Numbered from the stretch's first letter, positions 1 to 13,037 are shown. The stretch: DNA of 64,000 bases from Bilabrum cf. latius (GCA_965178125.1 OZ237759.1:434001-498000); one strand, 5' to 3'. The notes: generated by a model not told the origin, from the sequence alone. Numbers and translations: made by a program.

Positions 1-377
1 CCGCACCCAACATCCATCAGCAAATCCGAAGAGTTGAGGTCCAGGAGTTCAAACGCTATTGAAACTGCATCAGTGCGAGTTGGATTGAAGGGGGCCAAGC
101 GGTGCTCTGGAGGTATACCATGAAATGAAGCAACCGACGCCATCAAGAATGGTTGGCTTTGTCCTGAGAGTATTGAATGGTTCGGGTCAACAGTCGGTCA
201 CTGCGGTGCAGTTGCAGTTCGTGGTGATGATGATCCCTCGAAGCTCTTATGGCGCCGAGATAGCTCAAGTGGAGATTCATACAGCATAAACAATATGATG
301 GTTTACATACAACAAGTTCCTGCAGCTCTTCCTTCCGATCCCGCCCCTCACTACTAGTAGGGCAAGTAGCACGCTCG

Positions 378-3300
378 TCACCCTACAACCAACCGCGACT
401 TGGCCCGGTTTTCGGGTGAAAATCTGTCCATGCTCTGCATGTGCTTCAGCGCACTTGCCTGGGCCATCCTCTCCGCGTGTCTCTGGGTCGACTGCCGCCG
501 AAGACCGCTCACTTTCTGGGCCTGCCCCGCCATGTGGCCATGGATCCCAGCGGCGGTCCCACTCCCAGGCGACCCCTCAGGCTGCGACTGGCCCGCACCT
601 GCACCCGCACCCTCGCCGCTGCTGCTGCCGCTACTACCTCCGATTCCGATTCCGAGTTGTCTCCCCGCCTCCGCCTGCCTGGCTCGCTCCGCCTCCAGCT
701 GTGCCCTCAGCTCAACGTACTAGGCCCGGAGCGCTGCCGTAGACGCGTCCCCCGCAGCCTCGGGGGACTGGTGCTGCGGAACATCCTAATGCGCGGCGGC
801 GTTCCGGGTCCCGCCGTGCGGAGGATGATACTGCTGCTGGCCTGCCAGATAGCCTGCCGGTGCGTGCGGAACATGCTGGTGCGCGGCGCCGGCCCCCGGT
901 GCAAAGCTCTCCGGTGCCCTTGGTGAGAACACGTAGGTTGCAACCGGTTCGGCCTGCGGCTGGGGCGCGCCCCTAGGCTCTAGTGGGGGCTGGGGTTGGG
1001 GGTGGGGGTGAGATGCATGGAGCAAGTGCTCGTGCTCGCTCTGCTGAGAATGCTCGCCCTACCGTGCCGGGTATTCCGCTGGCGCAGCATGACCCATCCC
1101 TTCGTTGTCTCCTCCCCGGGTCCCTGCACCTCCATGCACTCCCGCCTTGGCACCAGCTCCTCGTCCTTGCCCCTGCTCCTGCCCCTGTCCCTGCCCCTGT
1201 CCCTGCCTGTGTTCATGCTCGTGATCGTGCCGGCCACCCGAGCTCGCTGTCCCCCGGATCTCTGCGGCGGCCGCTCCGGACCGTCTGCGGGAGGCCTCCG
1301 TGCTGGCCAAGTAGGATCCGGAGCCGGAAAACTTGCCCTGGCTCTTGGATCCGGCGCCAGAAGCCAAAGAGCCGGCGGAGGCGCCTTTTGGCACGAGTTC
1401 CGCGCTGGGCGCCTGCAGCAGAGAAGCGAGGTCTGGCGAGGCAGAGCGGCCGGTGTTGGCACTCGTCACACCGTTTCCACTATTCATCCTGCTTACCATG
1501 GGCCCCCCGACGGCGGCATCGACCTGGCTCCTGAGCGCGCCCACCATGCCGAGCAGGTCCGCTGTGCTGTCAGGGGCCGGCGCGCCTGTGGAACGTCCAA
1601 GCTCGCCATCCCCCTGCTCCATCTCCTCCTGCTCCTGCTCGTCCATCTCGTCGTCGGACAGCGTCCTCTCCCCCCCCTGCCGCAGCAGCCCGCTCACCTC
1701 CGCGCTGTACATGGACCAGGCCGTGCCCACCAGGACCTTGCTGTCCCTCCCCGCGTGGCTGTACTGGTGGTGGGCGGAGGACGACGCCGGTTTGGACACC
1801 CCGGCTGCGTGCCTTTGGCCAGGGGTCATGTCGCCTGCGCGCATGGCTGCCGTGGACTGCTTGGGATGATGATGATGATGCGTTGCGAAACCGGTCGGTG
1901 CGCGGCGCCCCGGAACAGCCCTCCCAGCACCGTTGAGAAACTCCACCGACGGAACCAGCCCGCCGGAGCTATTGCGCGGCGCCCCTCCGGAACCGTCCAG
2001 AGATCCCCCGGAGGGCACCAGGGCCACCGGCCCCGACAATTCACTCGTCACACCTACGGGACCGCTCCCACGAGGATGCTGATGCACCACGGAGCCGCTG
2101 CCAGCAAGCGACAGCCCGTCATCATCGTCGTCATACCCCCAGTCGCCTGGACCCCCACCGTGGACCGGCTGGCTGTTCCCCATAGAACTAGCGGAACCAT
2201 GCGTCTGCGCGGCGCCTTGTTGCTGGAACCCGACAAGACGCGCGTCCGTGACCCCAACAGGGGGGGAGGGGGGGCCCCTGAGAGCGTCCCCCGAGGGGGG
2301 TGACCTCACCGCGGCCTCCCTCGCCAGCCTGCTGTCCTGGTGGTGGGACAGCTGGAACTCCTTGACCGCGGTGGGTCGGCCGGTGTAGCCCCGGCCCGTG
2401 GCGTGGGGGACCTGGTTCCGCAATTCGCGCTGCGCACGGCCGTGCTCCTGCCTCTCGAGAAACTTCTCGATGCCGTCCTGCTGCAGCTCCTTGAGGTTCC
2501 GCTCCACACGGCGCCGCGCTTTTTTGGCGCGGCGGGTGGGGTTCTGCTTGAGTGTGTTCAGGTCGGGGCTCCCCTTGAAGTCCGGCTTTCGCAGTGCCCT
2601 TCGGATCTCGGGGTCGAGTCGGCTGGGCGTGGCGTTCGCGGTCTCCTCCAGCCGGGGCTTGAAAGTGCACCCTACAAACTTTGCTTTCGTGACCTCCCGG
2701 GCCTGCGCCTCAAGATGTTTCTCCCTCCGTCGCTGCCACTCGTACAGCCTGCTCACGACGCTTGTTCCCTGGGTCTTGCGCTTGCTCTCGATTGCCTTCT
2801 GCAGTCGCCGATGGGAAGGGCAAAGTGAGTGGGTGTGTTGGGGATAGCAAGGCGAGCAGAGAAGCTGCACGGCCTCTCTCTTTGCGTTTCATTACATTTC
2901 AATCTCTCTCTCTCTCTTTTTCTTTTTTCTATACCTCTCACCTTGGATAGCTTCGGCTTGAAGGTGCACTCCCCCTCCTCCCTCTTCCGCCTCTCCTGCT
3001 CCTCCTGCTGCAGCCGCACCTTCTCGTCCCTCTTCTTCCTCCATACGTCCAACCGACGCAGTAGGGGATCCTCGCCGCCCCCGGAAGCATCCACGCTGCT
3101 GCGGGTGGAGGAGGGGAGCGGGCCGTGGGGGTGCCCCCGCTCCTGCCGCCCGTACAATTGCTGCGGCTGCTGCTGCTGGGAGGAGGAGGACAACGGCAGG
3201 GAGGAAGGACGGCCGCTCCTCCCGCGACCGCTCCTACTATCCCGTGGGCCCGAGCTGCGGGAACTACGGTCAGATGCATGGTCGCCACGCCTTCGCCTGC

Positions 3301-3733
3301 GCTCAGAGCCGTCCTGGCGCTGCTCTTGCTACTACTCAAGTTGCTCGCTCCAATCCCCGTTGGCAGGCACCGAGGAGGGTGGAAGCAATGGAGGGGGTAC
3401 GTCTGAGCGCCGGTCAATTGAACGACTATCTTTAGGGCTGCGCTAGCGAGACGCCTTTCCAGTGCTGCTCCCGCTCGATTGCAGTTGCGCTTGGCGCGGA
3501 GATTGGCTGGAGGTAGGCGACCGAGAGAAGGCTGGCTGAGACGGAGCGAACAGGTCGTCAGTTTCTTCTATCATTGCGTCAACAGCGTCTTTGCTATTGC
3601 TGCTCTGAGCAGGCCGAGTTCGCTCCTTTACCGAATCGTTTGGCGTCGAATCGCTAACCATACCGGGTGGCAGGGACAAATCTGCTGAGCTGCCAGGGTC
3701 AGCAAACGCTGCTAGATCAAACTCAAATTCCAT
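378..3733 (-). CDS. Uncharacterised low-complexity/coiled-coil protein with two CTFKP-type motifs (2 exons; TAG read as Gln)
   Basis: ATG at 3733. ORF-track fragments share a frame on each side of a phase-0 GT..AG intron (2941-2799) and are separated only by TAGs (3443, 3332, 3329, 1059, 786, 720). Ends at TGA 378-380. Contains ECTFKPKL and GCTFKPRL motifs and EQLE**QEQRQ (TAG TAG in a Gln-rich run). Confidence 0.7.
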
Positions 3734-3887
3734 CTTATTGCGTGGCTTAAACAGCAGAAAAGTACGTAGCCTTGTACGTGCGGTCCACCGTACGGCAAAG
3801 TCGACTCAGAGGTATTAAATAGTGATGTTTAAATCACCACATGAATTATACCAGAGTTGTCAGAACGGCAACTCGCGTCATTTTACC

Positions 3888-4457
3888 ATGCTTCGAAGCA
3901 TATCTCGGGCAGCCCGCCGGACCTATCGCTCATCGTATGCTATTGGATCACTGAAGCAGCCTTTGGGCTAGCTGGCAAGCCACAGTTTCCGGTCGCACTA
4001 CACCACTGATTCTGCGAAGTCTTACCAGGACGTGTCCAACAAGATTGAAGAGGGCAAAGTAGTGCTGGTATCAGCCACATACTGCCCATTCTGTCATTAG
4101 GTGAAGCGCTTGGCCGACCAGGCGAAATTTTCTGACACTACGGTCTACGAGGTCGATACGCTGGATGGTGAGATGATGTGGCAGCAGTAGTTCGGCATAT
4201 CTTGCGTTGTGATTCAAGTCCGTCCTTCGCTGTGGTCATGATATAACTGCCGTTTTGCTAAGCATGATTTATCCGCAGCTGGGTCCTAGATTCGCGATGG
4301 CCTTACTGAGAGAACCGAAGGCCATTCCACGGTTCCATTCGTGTTCGTGGGCGGCTAGTTCATTGGTGGGGCCACCGAAATGATGAACCAATGGGGCATG
4401 GGACTTCTGCAAGAAAAATTGGACAAGGCTGGTGTCGCGTATGAGGACGACGAGTGA
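3888..4457 (+). CDS. Dithiol glutaredoxin with putative mitochondrial presequence (2 exons; absent from ORF track)
   Basis: MLRSISRAARRTYRSS (Arg/Ser-rich, no acidic residues), then KVVLVSATYCPFCH*VKRL, intron 4168-4278 (GTGAG..CCGCAG, phase 1), then DAGS*IRDGLTERTEGHSTVPFVFVGG*FIGG. CPFC active site, TVP and GG motifs are intact. TAGs at 3969, 4098, 4287, 4356. Stop TGA. Confidence 0.92.
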
Positions 4458-4657
4458 TGAGCAATCTGTGGTTGGGAATGCACACAGCTGATTTGATGGC
4501 AACCAAGCGAGATACGCATCACAACCTCGACGAACGGAACATTGTCGCGGCACACACACCATTTGAATTGTCTCTACCCCAAGCCAAGTCAAGTCGGGCG
4601 AAGTGCTTGCCAAGGTGGGCACTGCCAAGCAAGCAAGTAGAATCTGTCATGCTCGCC

Positions 4658-6181
4658 TCACTCCGGCTTGGGCTTGATCCGTGGAGGCCCCAGCTTGTAA
4701 TCGTCCAGGTCCTGCTTCCTCGGGTTGAAGTTCTCCAGCTCCACGATGTACTTGCCCTCCACACCGGCTGCCCTCAGTTCCCTGATCTTCCTGGCCTTGA
4801 CCTGCTCCAGCCGGTCGTAGTGGTCCGTACGGTGCTCCACCTCGTGCGCCCCCTCCGCCTGCGTCCGCTCGAACTCTTTGCGCGCCTTGGCCCGCAGCTC
4901 CTCCGCCTGCTTCTGGACCACCTTGACGTGTTCCCTGTCGCGATCGTGACGAGTGCGCCTCGCCTCCTTCTCCTCGTCCATCCACTGGCGCCGCGCGCGC
5001 ATGTTCCGCTCGAACTCCTCCTTGTCTGCCTGGATCATCATGGCGGTCCTCAGCTCCTTCTCGCGCACCTGCTCGTCTCTCACACGCTTGAGTTCCGCAG
5101 CGGCCTCTGCGCGGCGCCGCGCGTTCTCCTCGTCCTGCAGCCGCTGCTGCCTCTGCCCCTCCTCGAAGACCCTCTGGGCCCTCAGCTCGTCCACCTCGCC
5201 CCTCCTGTCCATGAACTTCTGCACGTTGCCCCGCATCTTGAAGGCCTCTTGCTCCCTCTTCTCCCGCGCGATCTCGAACTCGATCTGGGCCTGCACTGCC
5301 TCCTCGTCCATCTGCTTCTGGATCGCCTCGATCCGCCGCTCCTCCGCCACCTCGGCTTCCTTCCTGGCCTTCCTCGCCAGGATGCTCTCCTCGTTGGCCC
5401 GGAGCACCTCCTGACGGAAGACCTTTTTCCTGGCCTCCTGTCTCCTCGCCCTCTCCCTGTCCTCCTCTTCCATCCTCTTGATCACCGCCAGAGTCTCCTT
5501 GGCCTCTTTCTTCAACCTCTCCCCCCTCTGCCTCCTGACCTCCTGGGCGGCCTCCAGCTGCTCCAGGATGTCCTCCTTGGCCTTCTCCCGGATGGCCCGC
5601 TGCCTCGCGTCCCTGTCTTCCCACGTCCTCATCTGCTCCATCCTCTCAATCTCCACCTCCAGGTCCCTGATCTTCTCCTCCTCCTTCTCTCTCTCCACTC
5701 TCAGCTTCTTCTCCTTGAGCTGCCGCTCTCGCACGCTCGCGGTCTTGGCGTACTTGACCAGGCTCGTCATCTTCTTCACCTCGTCCATCGCCTCTTGGTC
5801 CATGAATCGATTCCGGATCCTCTCGCGTTCGGCATCTTCCGCCTCCTCCTGCTCCAGCTCCGACAGAGGCAGAGAGGCCAGCCGTCGCTTCTCTAGCTCC
5901 TTCATGCGATCCTTGCGGGCCGCCTGCGCCGCCCACTGCCTGTCCCTCTCCGCCTCCCGCTCCCTTGCCTCTCGCCGGATGTCTGCCTTGGTTCGAATTA
6001 TGGATTCTTTCTGCATGCGGTGCAGGTCGCTGCCGCGGAGCACGTTGGGTTTCTAGCGGTGCGCCGCTGCCGCAGCTCCTCGGCCCCGGCCCCTGCCTCG
6101 GCCTCGGGCCTGGCTGCCGCGCGTGCGGCTCGCGTCCCCTGCTCGTCCCGCCGCTCCTCCTACAGTTTCTTCTCCAGCCAT
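4658..6181 (-). CDS. CFAP45: Cilia- and flagella-associated protein 45 (TPH-domain microtubule inner protein)
   Basis: Long E/R/K coiled coil with MDEVKKMTSLVKYAKTASVRERQLKEKK and C-terminal KIRELRAAGVEGKYIVELE, typical of CFAP45/CCDC19. ATG 6181 is reached through one TAG (6053). Stop TGA. About 507 aa. Confidence 0.88.
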
Positions 6182-6795
6182 TCGTAAGGCCCTGGCTTCC
6201 GTGCCTCGGCGCTATGTCTTCGGCTTCTGCGACACGAATGCGTGGGGGTCGGAGACGAGAGGGTGCTGTTTGCACGAAGACCAGATGGCGGCGTCTGGTT
6301 TGGGTGGAGCTCAAGAACAAACGAAAAATAGACGCGCTGCTTTAGGCTGGTGGTATTCTGCATACGCATCGCCATCAATTCGGGCTGCCAACCGATACGG
6401 GGAAGGGCCTCACCTTGGAACCGAACAAGGATTCATCAACGTACGAAGTATCCGACACCTTCCTATATCGGAACCCTCTCGATCCGTGGGAACGTCCAGA
6501 GGCTACAGAAGAGGCCATGATTGGCACCGTAGTGTCTGGTCAAGTCTCCGAACGGATACCGCGGAACCATCCGGCGCGGCGCCGCGCGCGACCTCCCCAA
6601 CGGCTTGTACGCAGTAATCGCTCTACCACGGCTGATATCGTCCAGATACAAGACCCCAGTTTCAACCTTTGGTTTGTACTGAAGACTTAAAATCCCTACA
6701 TTCCGCAAATTACTGCAGAGTTGGGCAGATTCTTCAGGATCTCGACAACTTGTATTTCTACCGGATACCCTCGCGACGTTGACAGGCGTTGAAGA
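6182..6795. promoter_or_regulatory. Probable bidirectional promoter between CFAP45 and CFAP52
   Basis: A 614-bp lower-GC gap between divergent start codons. No specific site identified. Confidence 0.5.
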
Positions 6796-8886
6796 ATGGC
6801 AGCAGTAGCAAGCAAGGCATCTGTCGACGATATTTTAGATGCTGAGGTGGAAGAAGTTCCCCTCAACCTGGAGGCCGTCATTGGCTTCAATGGGAAGCTG
6901 AAGGCTGGCCTAATCCAGCACCCCGACGGCGAGCACATCCTGTACCCGCTCGGTTCCACTGTTGTGATTCGAAACATCAAGCGGAACACCTAGTCTTTTT
7001 TGCAGGGGCACACGGATCGAGTCACTTGCATCGCTATCAGCCCGGACGGCAAGTACGCTGCCAGCGGACAGGTTGCCTCGATGGGATTCAGAGCTCCCGT
7101 GATCGTATGGGACGTGGAGGCCGGTATCCGGAACGCAAACACCAGCGATAGGACCGGCGAGCTCGTGCATACCCTCATGCTGCACAAGACTAGGGTGCAG
7201 GACGTGTCTTTCTCCCACGACAACCACTACTTGGCCTCGCTTGGAGGCCAAGACGATAACACGCTCGTCGTGTGGGACATTGACGAGGGAGCGCCCATCT
7301 GCGGGTCACCAGCGGCGTCCCACGCGCAGCTCTGCGTGGAGTTTTACCACGGAGACTCTCTCAAGTTGGTCAGTGCGGGCCAGTACGCCATCAGGACATG
7401 GGAGCTGAACCCCGACACCAAGAGGCTCACCCCGGAGAAGATCAACCTCGCGGGGCTGCAGCGAACCTTCACGAGCGTTGCCATCGACGAGACGGACACG
7501 TTCGCGTGGTGCGGGACGAGGTCGGGAGACGTGCTGGAGATCAACCTTGAGTCGAGGCGCTACACGCGAGCCTCCAAGAACCGGTTCGTGCAGGGGGTGG
7601 CGCAGATCCAGCAGGTGCCCGGGCCCCCTGGAGGGGACGACTGGCTGGTCATCGGTAACGGAGACGGCAGCATCTGCCGGCTGAACACTCGCGATTTGTC
7701 CATCGACAAGGCCATGAAGCTCATGGGCGCGGTGACCTCTGTTGCCATGGACGCGATGAAGGAGGTCATTTTCGCTGGCACCTCCGACGGGAACATCTAC
7801 CGGATCCCCGTGGATACCTTTAAGCCATCCCTCCGCTCCACCGCGCACACGGACCCTATCTCTGACATCATCTTCCCGAGGGATTGCTCGGAGCTCTTCC
7901 TCACCTGCAGCAAGTCCCAGGTCAGGCTGTGGAACGCAGAGACCAGGCGGGAGCTGCTCAGGATCCAGGTGCCCAACCTGCAGTGCAACTGCGCGTGCGT
8001 GACTCCCAGGGGAGACGCCATCATCACAGGCTGGGACGACGGCAAGATTCGCGCCTTCACTCCCGAGAAGGGCAAGGTGATCTTCGTGATCCACGACGCT
8101 CACGCCGTGGCTGTGACCTCGGTGGCGGTTACTGACGACGGGTCCAGGGTTATTTCAGGGGGCCAGGACGGCCGGGTGCGGGTGTGGGACGTCAGCGGCA
8201 AGACGCAGAAGATGATGCTCTCCTTCAAGGAGCACAAGAAGGCCGTGACCTCGATCGATGTGGCTGCGGACGGGGAGGAGTGCGTGAGCTCCTCTTCAGA
8301 CGGATCGTGCGTGGTCTGGAACCTGAGGCGTGGCACGCGGCAGAACGCCCTCTTCGCGTCTACCGTGTTCGGACAGGTGCAGTACCACCCCGACGAGTCG
8401 CAGCTGGTGACCTGCGGCAGCGACCGGAAGATCGGATACTGGGACACCGTGGACTGTTCCCCCATCCGGTAGCTGGAGGCGTCCACGGGGGCACTCACGT
8501 CCCTGCACCTTGACAGGGACGCGAGGACGTTCGTAGTGGGAGGTGCAGACCGCACGGTGAAGGTGTGGATGTACGATGAGGGCGTGCCGATTGCCTTCGG
8601 GAAGGGTCACTCCGGAGCCATTGCCAAGGTGAGGAACAGCCCCGACGGCACGTACGTCGTGTCGGTGGGCGAGGAGGGGGGCATCTTCATCTGGACCGCG
8701 CCTCGGATCCCAGCCGCGTTCGGCGGAGCCGACGATGCTGCCGCTGCTGGCGAGGGTGCCAAGGCGGACGGTCGATATGCGGACGAGGAGGGCTACTACG
8801 GCGAGGAGGGCAAGGAGGAGGGCAGGTATGCGGGGGAAGGCGCTGCAGTCGGAGGGGCCGGAGGGGGCTACAGTGATGGCAGGTGA
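6796..8886 (+). CDS. CFAP52: Cilia- and flagella-associated protein 52 (WDR16), WD40 repeat protein
   Basis: LNLEAVIGFNG..HPDGEHILYPLGSTVVIR, LASLGGQDDNTLVVWD, RELLRIQVPNLQC, YHPDESQLVTCGSDRKIGYW. Three ORF fragments in one frame are joined by TAG at 6991 and 8470. Stop TGA. About 696 aa, no intron needed. Confidence 0.93.
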
Positions 8887-9168
8887 GGGGGAGGGGGAGC
8901 AGACGGCACACGGTCTACGTAGTGGAAAAAGTCCACTGATTTGTTTGTTCGGGTGGGGCTCTTGAATCTAGAGGTTGGTCAATTCAATCCGTCGCATTTC
9001 GTAGCATTCTCTGTCTTGGATCAAATTGCAGTGTCCCAGTATGCCTGCTTGTGGTTGTGCTCGCCTTCGAAAACACGTGGGTACCCTCGGCGTCGAGAAG
9101 CGCCAAACTTGGATCAAAAAGCATGAGAAGGCAAACGAGCTTGAGTACCAAATATGACTTCAGCAGAT

Positions 9169-11832
9169 TTACTTCTACGGCCTCCTGATCCGGCGCCCCC
9201 CCCCTCGCCTTCCCTTACTGCCACCACGACCGCCGCGCTTCCCCTGCGACCCGCCCTTCTTGTCCTCAGTGACCTCCTCGACCTCATCGTCATCGTCGAC
9301 ATCATCACCCTCCTCCTCGCTGATCTCTTGCACCTCCCCGCTGCTGTCCCCGTCGTCCTCCATGCTCTTTGAGGACGCGGGAGGAGGGGAGGCCTCGGGG
9401 CCCGTCGCACCGTTACTGCCGGAAGCGGCAGATGATGCTGTACTGCCACTGCCAGGCTACTTGCCATTACCGCCGTCCCCATTGCTCGTCCTGCCTCTCT
9501 TCTTAGCGTCCAGCGCCTCCCGCAGCTCAGCAGGAGTCATGCACCCCGCCAACTTGCAAAGGAGAGGGTCGAGCTTATCGATCGTGAAGCCCTTGAGTGG
9601 GTCCACGGGGACGCTTGGGTCGTCTGCAAGCACCCGCATCGCGCGCCAACGCCATCCGTCATCGTGTAAGGGGGTGGTATCAGGGTCTGCGAAGGGGTTG
9701 GATGGATCCATGGCCTCCCTGAGTTCCTTCATCAACTGCTCCCTTGGGGCCTGACTGGCCATACCCGACTCTGCGGTGGCGGTCTGCCAGGGCCTCATGA
9801 TCCCAACCGAGTCCCAGAGCCTGCGCTTCTTCGGAACCGGGGCCGCTTCCAATTCACCGTCGTCTTCCCCACCGGTTGCGTCGCCTCCAGCCCCACCCCC
9901 GAGCTGAGCCAGCATGGCAGCCTGATAGGCCTCGAAGCCTCCCTCCATGGACGGAGATGGTTCTTCGCCCCCCTTGCCGCTCGCTGCTTCCCGGGAGTCG
10001 CCCTCAGTGTCCACAAGCACCCGCTTCCGCTTGCGGCCGGGGACCATGGGCCCATCCCCGCACTCAATTCTTGTCGCTTCCATGGCAGCCTGAGACTCGG
10101 CGCGCACTATCGATACAGTGTCGGCGCTGCTGGATCCATCGATGTCCGAATCCAATGTTGCTTCGAAGCCCGGCAGGATCATACGAGGCGCGTCCGCCGC
10201 AGGAAGCTCGAACGGCCTGCTGCCTGCCCTCTTCCACTGCAGCCAACCCGCCTCCCTCTTCAGCAGCTCGCGCACCTCCCGCCCTAGTCGCTTGCCCGCC
10301 GCTGGCCCCGATCCGCGGCCCGTCCCCGTGCTTGGCACAGCCCCCCCGTGCATGCCCCTTGCTGCCATGACCACCTCCCCGCACGTGTCTACAAGCTCCA
10401 TCGCGCGCTTCGCAAGGGCCGGCGCCGTCTCTCCGAATGCTGCCTCCACCGCCGGGGTCGGGCGCCGCGCTTCCGGCAGGTTCCGCACGTGCTGCTCGAG
10501 GATGAGTACCTGCGTCGCGACCAGCAGCCTCATCTCCGGGTCCTCCAGCTGCAGGCCCAGGAGGCTTGGGGAGGCCGTGTACCTCGCGATGCTGCGGGCC
10601 GCCTGCTGGTCCTGCCTGTCCTGCTGGGACCACGTCGACGAGGATGAGGATGAGGATGAAGATGAAGATGAAGATGAAGATGAAGATGAAGATGAAGATG
10701 AAGATGAAGATGGCATGCCAGGTCCACTGCTGGCGATACCAGTAGACGATGGGGATGAGGACGATGATGTAGCAGCATCAGCCGGTGCCGCCTATGCTGA
10801 AACAGCCGCCGCAGGGCCCCGGCTGCTCCTCGCCCGGCGGTGCATCTCATCCAAGACCTCCAGCGCATCGGCAGCGAAGGTTCGCCAGCTCTCCGGCGTT
10901 TCGATGCAGGCTGCAGGATTCGCGAAGGTTCGCTGCAGCCCCCAGAACTTACCGTACATGGCCCAATCAACCTCATGCTGCTGGCCGGCAGCATCAGCCC
11001 CGCCCCCGCCCCCGCCCCCTTTCCCACCACTGGCTCTCCCCACTTCTTCTTTTTCTTCATCATCCCCATCTTTCTCTGTGTTTCCTGCTGGCGGGTTCTC
11101 AGTGACCACGCTCACGTCCATGTTGGTGGCCCCCTTGAGGTTGAGCCCGGACCGTTCCGAGAGCGGGAGAACAAAGGAGAGGAACATGAGCACCCTTCCA
11201 CGAAATGCCGTGTCCTGTGCCTCTGACAGGCGTCGGAGCAGCGCGTTGCTCAGCCGGATGAGCGCCAGCTTGCTGGCGGGGTTTCCTTTGGGGGGCACGA
11301 AGAGCGGCTGCATGATCGTCTGGCTGCGGGCCTCCAGGAGAGCGAAGAGGGACTCACAGTGGTCCGCGCTCGTGGCGTGGATGGCCTCTTCCACAAGTAA
11401 AAGAGGGAGGGATGGATCGACCGGAACGGTGCTCTTGCTCGCGCCGGGGGCGGCGGCCGCAATCGCGAAATCAAACGAGGCTTGCACGATCGGTTCCAGC
11501 AGACCGGCTCTAGAGGATGGATCCTGCGACGCAGCCGAGAATTGCACTATATTCTACAAAGCTAATCGACGCGTTGGAATCTGCTGACAGTGCGTGGGCT
11601 TGCTAGAAAACAGTCTCACTACTTTAGATACTACTTCCAGGGATGCCTTTCGTACGACTGCTTTCAGCGCCTGTGCAGCAGTTGGGCTCTAGTCCACGTT
11701 CGCCAGCCATGCCTTCTAAATAACGTCTTTGATACCGGGAACGTTTGCTTTTAATGATTGGAGTTGCTAAGCCATGGATTCCTGCGATGCAGCGGGTAGT
11801 ACTGAGGGGGATGCATCGCTGAACAGAACCAT
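9169..11832 (-). CDS. THOC1: THO complex subunit 1 (Hpr1)-like
   Basis: LIRLSNALLRRLSEAQDTAFRGRVLMFLSFVLPLSERSGLNLKG, YGKFWGLQRTFANP, LLGLQLEDPEMR, LKREAGWLQWKRAG. One frame with TAGs at 11767, 11716, 11689, 10792, 9457, 9175. Stop TAA 9169-9171. Possible 66-bp intron 11619-11554. Start may be 11832 or 11775. Confidence 0.85.
10638..10712. repeat. (GAGGAT/GAAGAT)n hexanucleotide microsatellite encoding poly-Ser in THOC1
   Basis: About 12 tandem units visible directly; reads TCA/TCT/TCC on the minus strand. Confidence 0.9.
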
Positions 11833-12050
11833 AGTATCGCTGCAAGAAGCCACACATGAACTTACTGATAGTTTTGCTGCCCATGCTTCCATTAAATACC
11901 GCACCTCAATGTCTGCATCCACAGCTTTTTGGCGGATGTTGTTGCACTCGTCACCAATTCTGCGAGATTGCAGCTAGACGCGGGATACCCTGGCAGAAGG
12001 AGCTTTTCAAGCAATACAGTGGAGTTAGACACTGTACTATCTAGCTACGT

Positions 12051-12902
12051 ATGGCTGCGAGGATCGCCCATGATGGATGGAGGGCTGCGGCGGCGGTTGC
12101 TGGAGCTGCAATGCTACATCAATATGTCGCGGGAGTTCATGTGGTCCCAAACAGGCGTAAGGTTGGAGAGCTTAGGATAAAGAAACACAACGACACGTAC
12201 TTCAGTGGGGGGAGACAACTGTCAGCGAAGCTATCAGAAGAGGACAGGCTTCCGCCGGCTGTGGACTGGCTACAAGGTAGTGCAACCGATGCATACGATG
12301 GCCCAGTCATTGTGTTGTGCGCAAGGCCAACGTTCCCACTGTGTAGGGTTGGTCCAGGTGATGTTGCTGTTCTGCGGGCTCCCTATCGGCCGGACGATAT
12401 AGACGCTTTGCGTGTAAAGCGAGCACCTGGCGGTGCCCCGATGGTGAACACCAGGAACGGCTTTTTGCAGCCGCTGAAACCAAGACAGTACTGGTTGGAG
12501 GCCGATCACGGTGCGTTGGGCTATACGGAAGATTCCGAAGCTTTCGGGCCAGTAACAAATGGGGTTGTGCTCGGCAAAGCACTTGCAGTCCTCTGGCCAC
12601 CGTCACTAGCTGGCATTGTCAGGAAACCGAATGCACAGGGATAGCAATCTCTACCACAAGCCGGAATGCCCTCTGCAGGCCCGCGCAAGATTAAAGCCTC
12701 GACCGTGGCGAGCAGCACTGTGGGATCGAGCGAGCACGGAGCAAGTGCCACATCTGCAGCTGCTCGCTCTAAATGGGAGGACCAGGCGAAAGGGGAGGAC
12801 GGGCAGTCAAGGCAGAAAGCAAGCGAAGCGATAGAAGCTGCATAGGATACTGAATTGGAATCTCACCAAGCCTAGCCAGAAGGCAGCTAGGGCAGGCAGT
12901 AA
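12051..12902 (+). CDS. Peptidase S26 (mitochondrial inner-membrane protease IMP1/IMP2)-like protein, divergent
   Basis: GDVAVLRAP, YWLEADH..EDSEAFGPVTNGVVLGKALAVLWPPS resemble the IMP C-terminal motifs. Extends through 4 TAGs to TAA 12900-12902. The catalytic SMxPT motif is not recognisable. Confidence 0.7.
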
Positions 12903-13037
12903 CACGATGCTTTCGATGAGCGGACGAGCGCGCCTCTGTCGCGGACAAACGTGGTCGCAGAGACCAGCTGTGAATTTAGCCCTTGGGCAGCTCGAAATAT
13001 TCCTGTGAGCATGTGTTCCAATTCACTTCAAATTCCA

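Noticed and set aside
4454-5896. Long antisense or alternate-frame ORFs (e.g. 4454-5896+, 10118-11587+, 13827-15284+, 47268-48455+)
   Set aside because: These are shadow ORFs of GC-rich real genes on the opposite strand, with no recognisable motifs.
6991-8472. TAG as pyrrolysine, as occasional readthrough, or removed by tiny introns
   Set aside because: TAGs are frequent, occur in tandem and inside poly-Gln runs, align with CAG in a paralog, and the flanks align to homologs with no missing sequence or GT donors.
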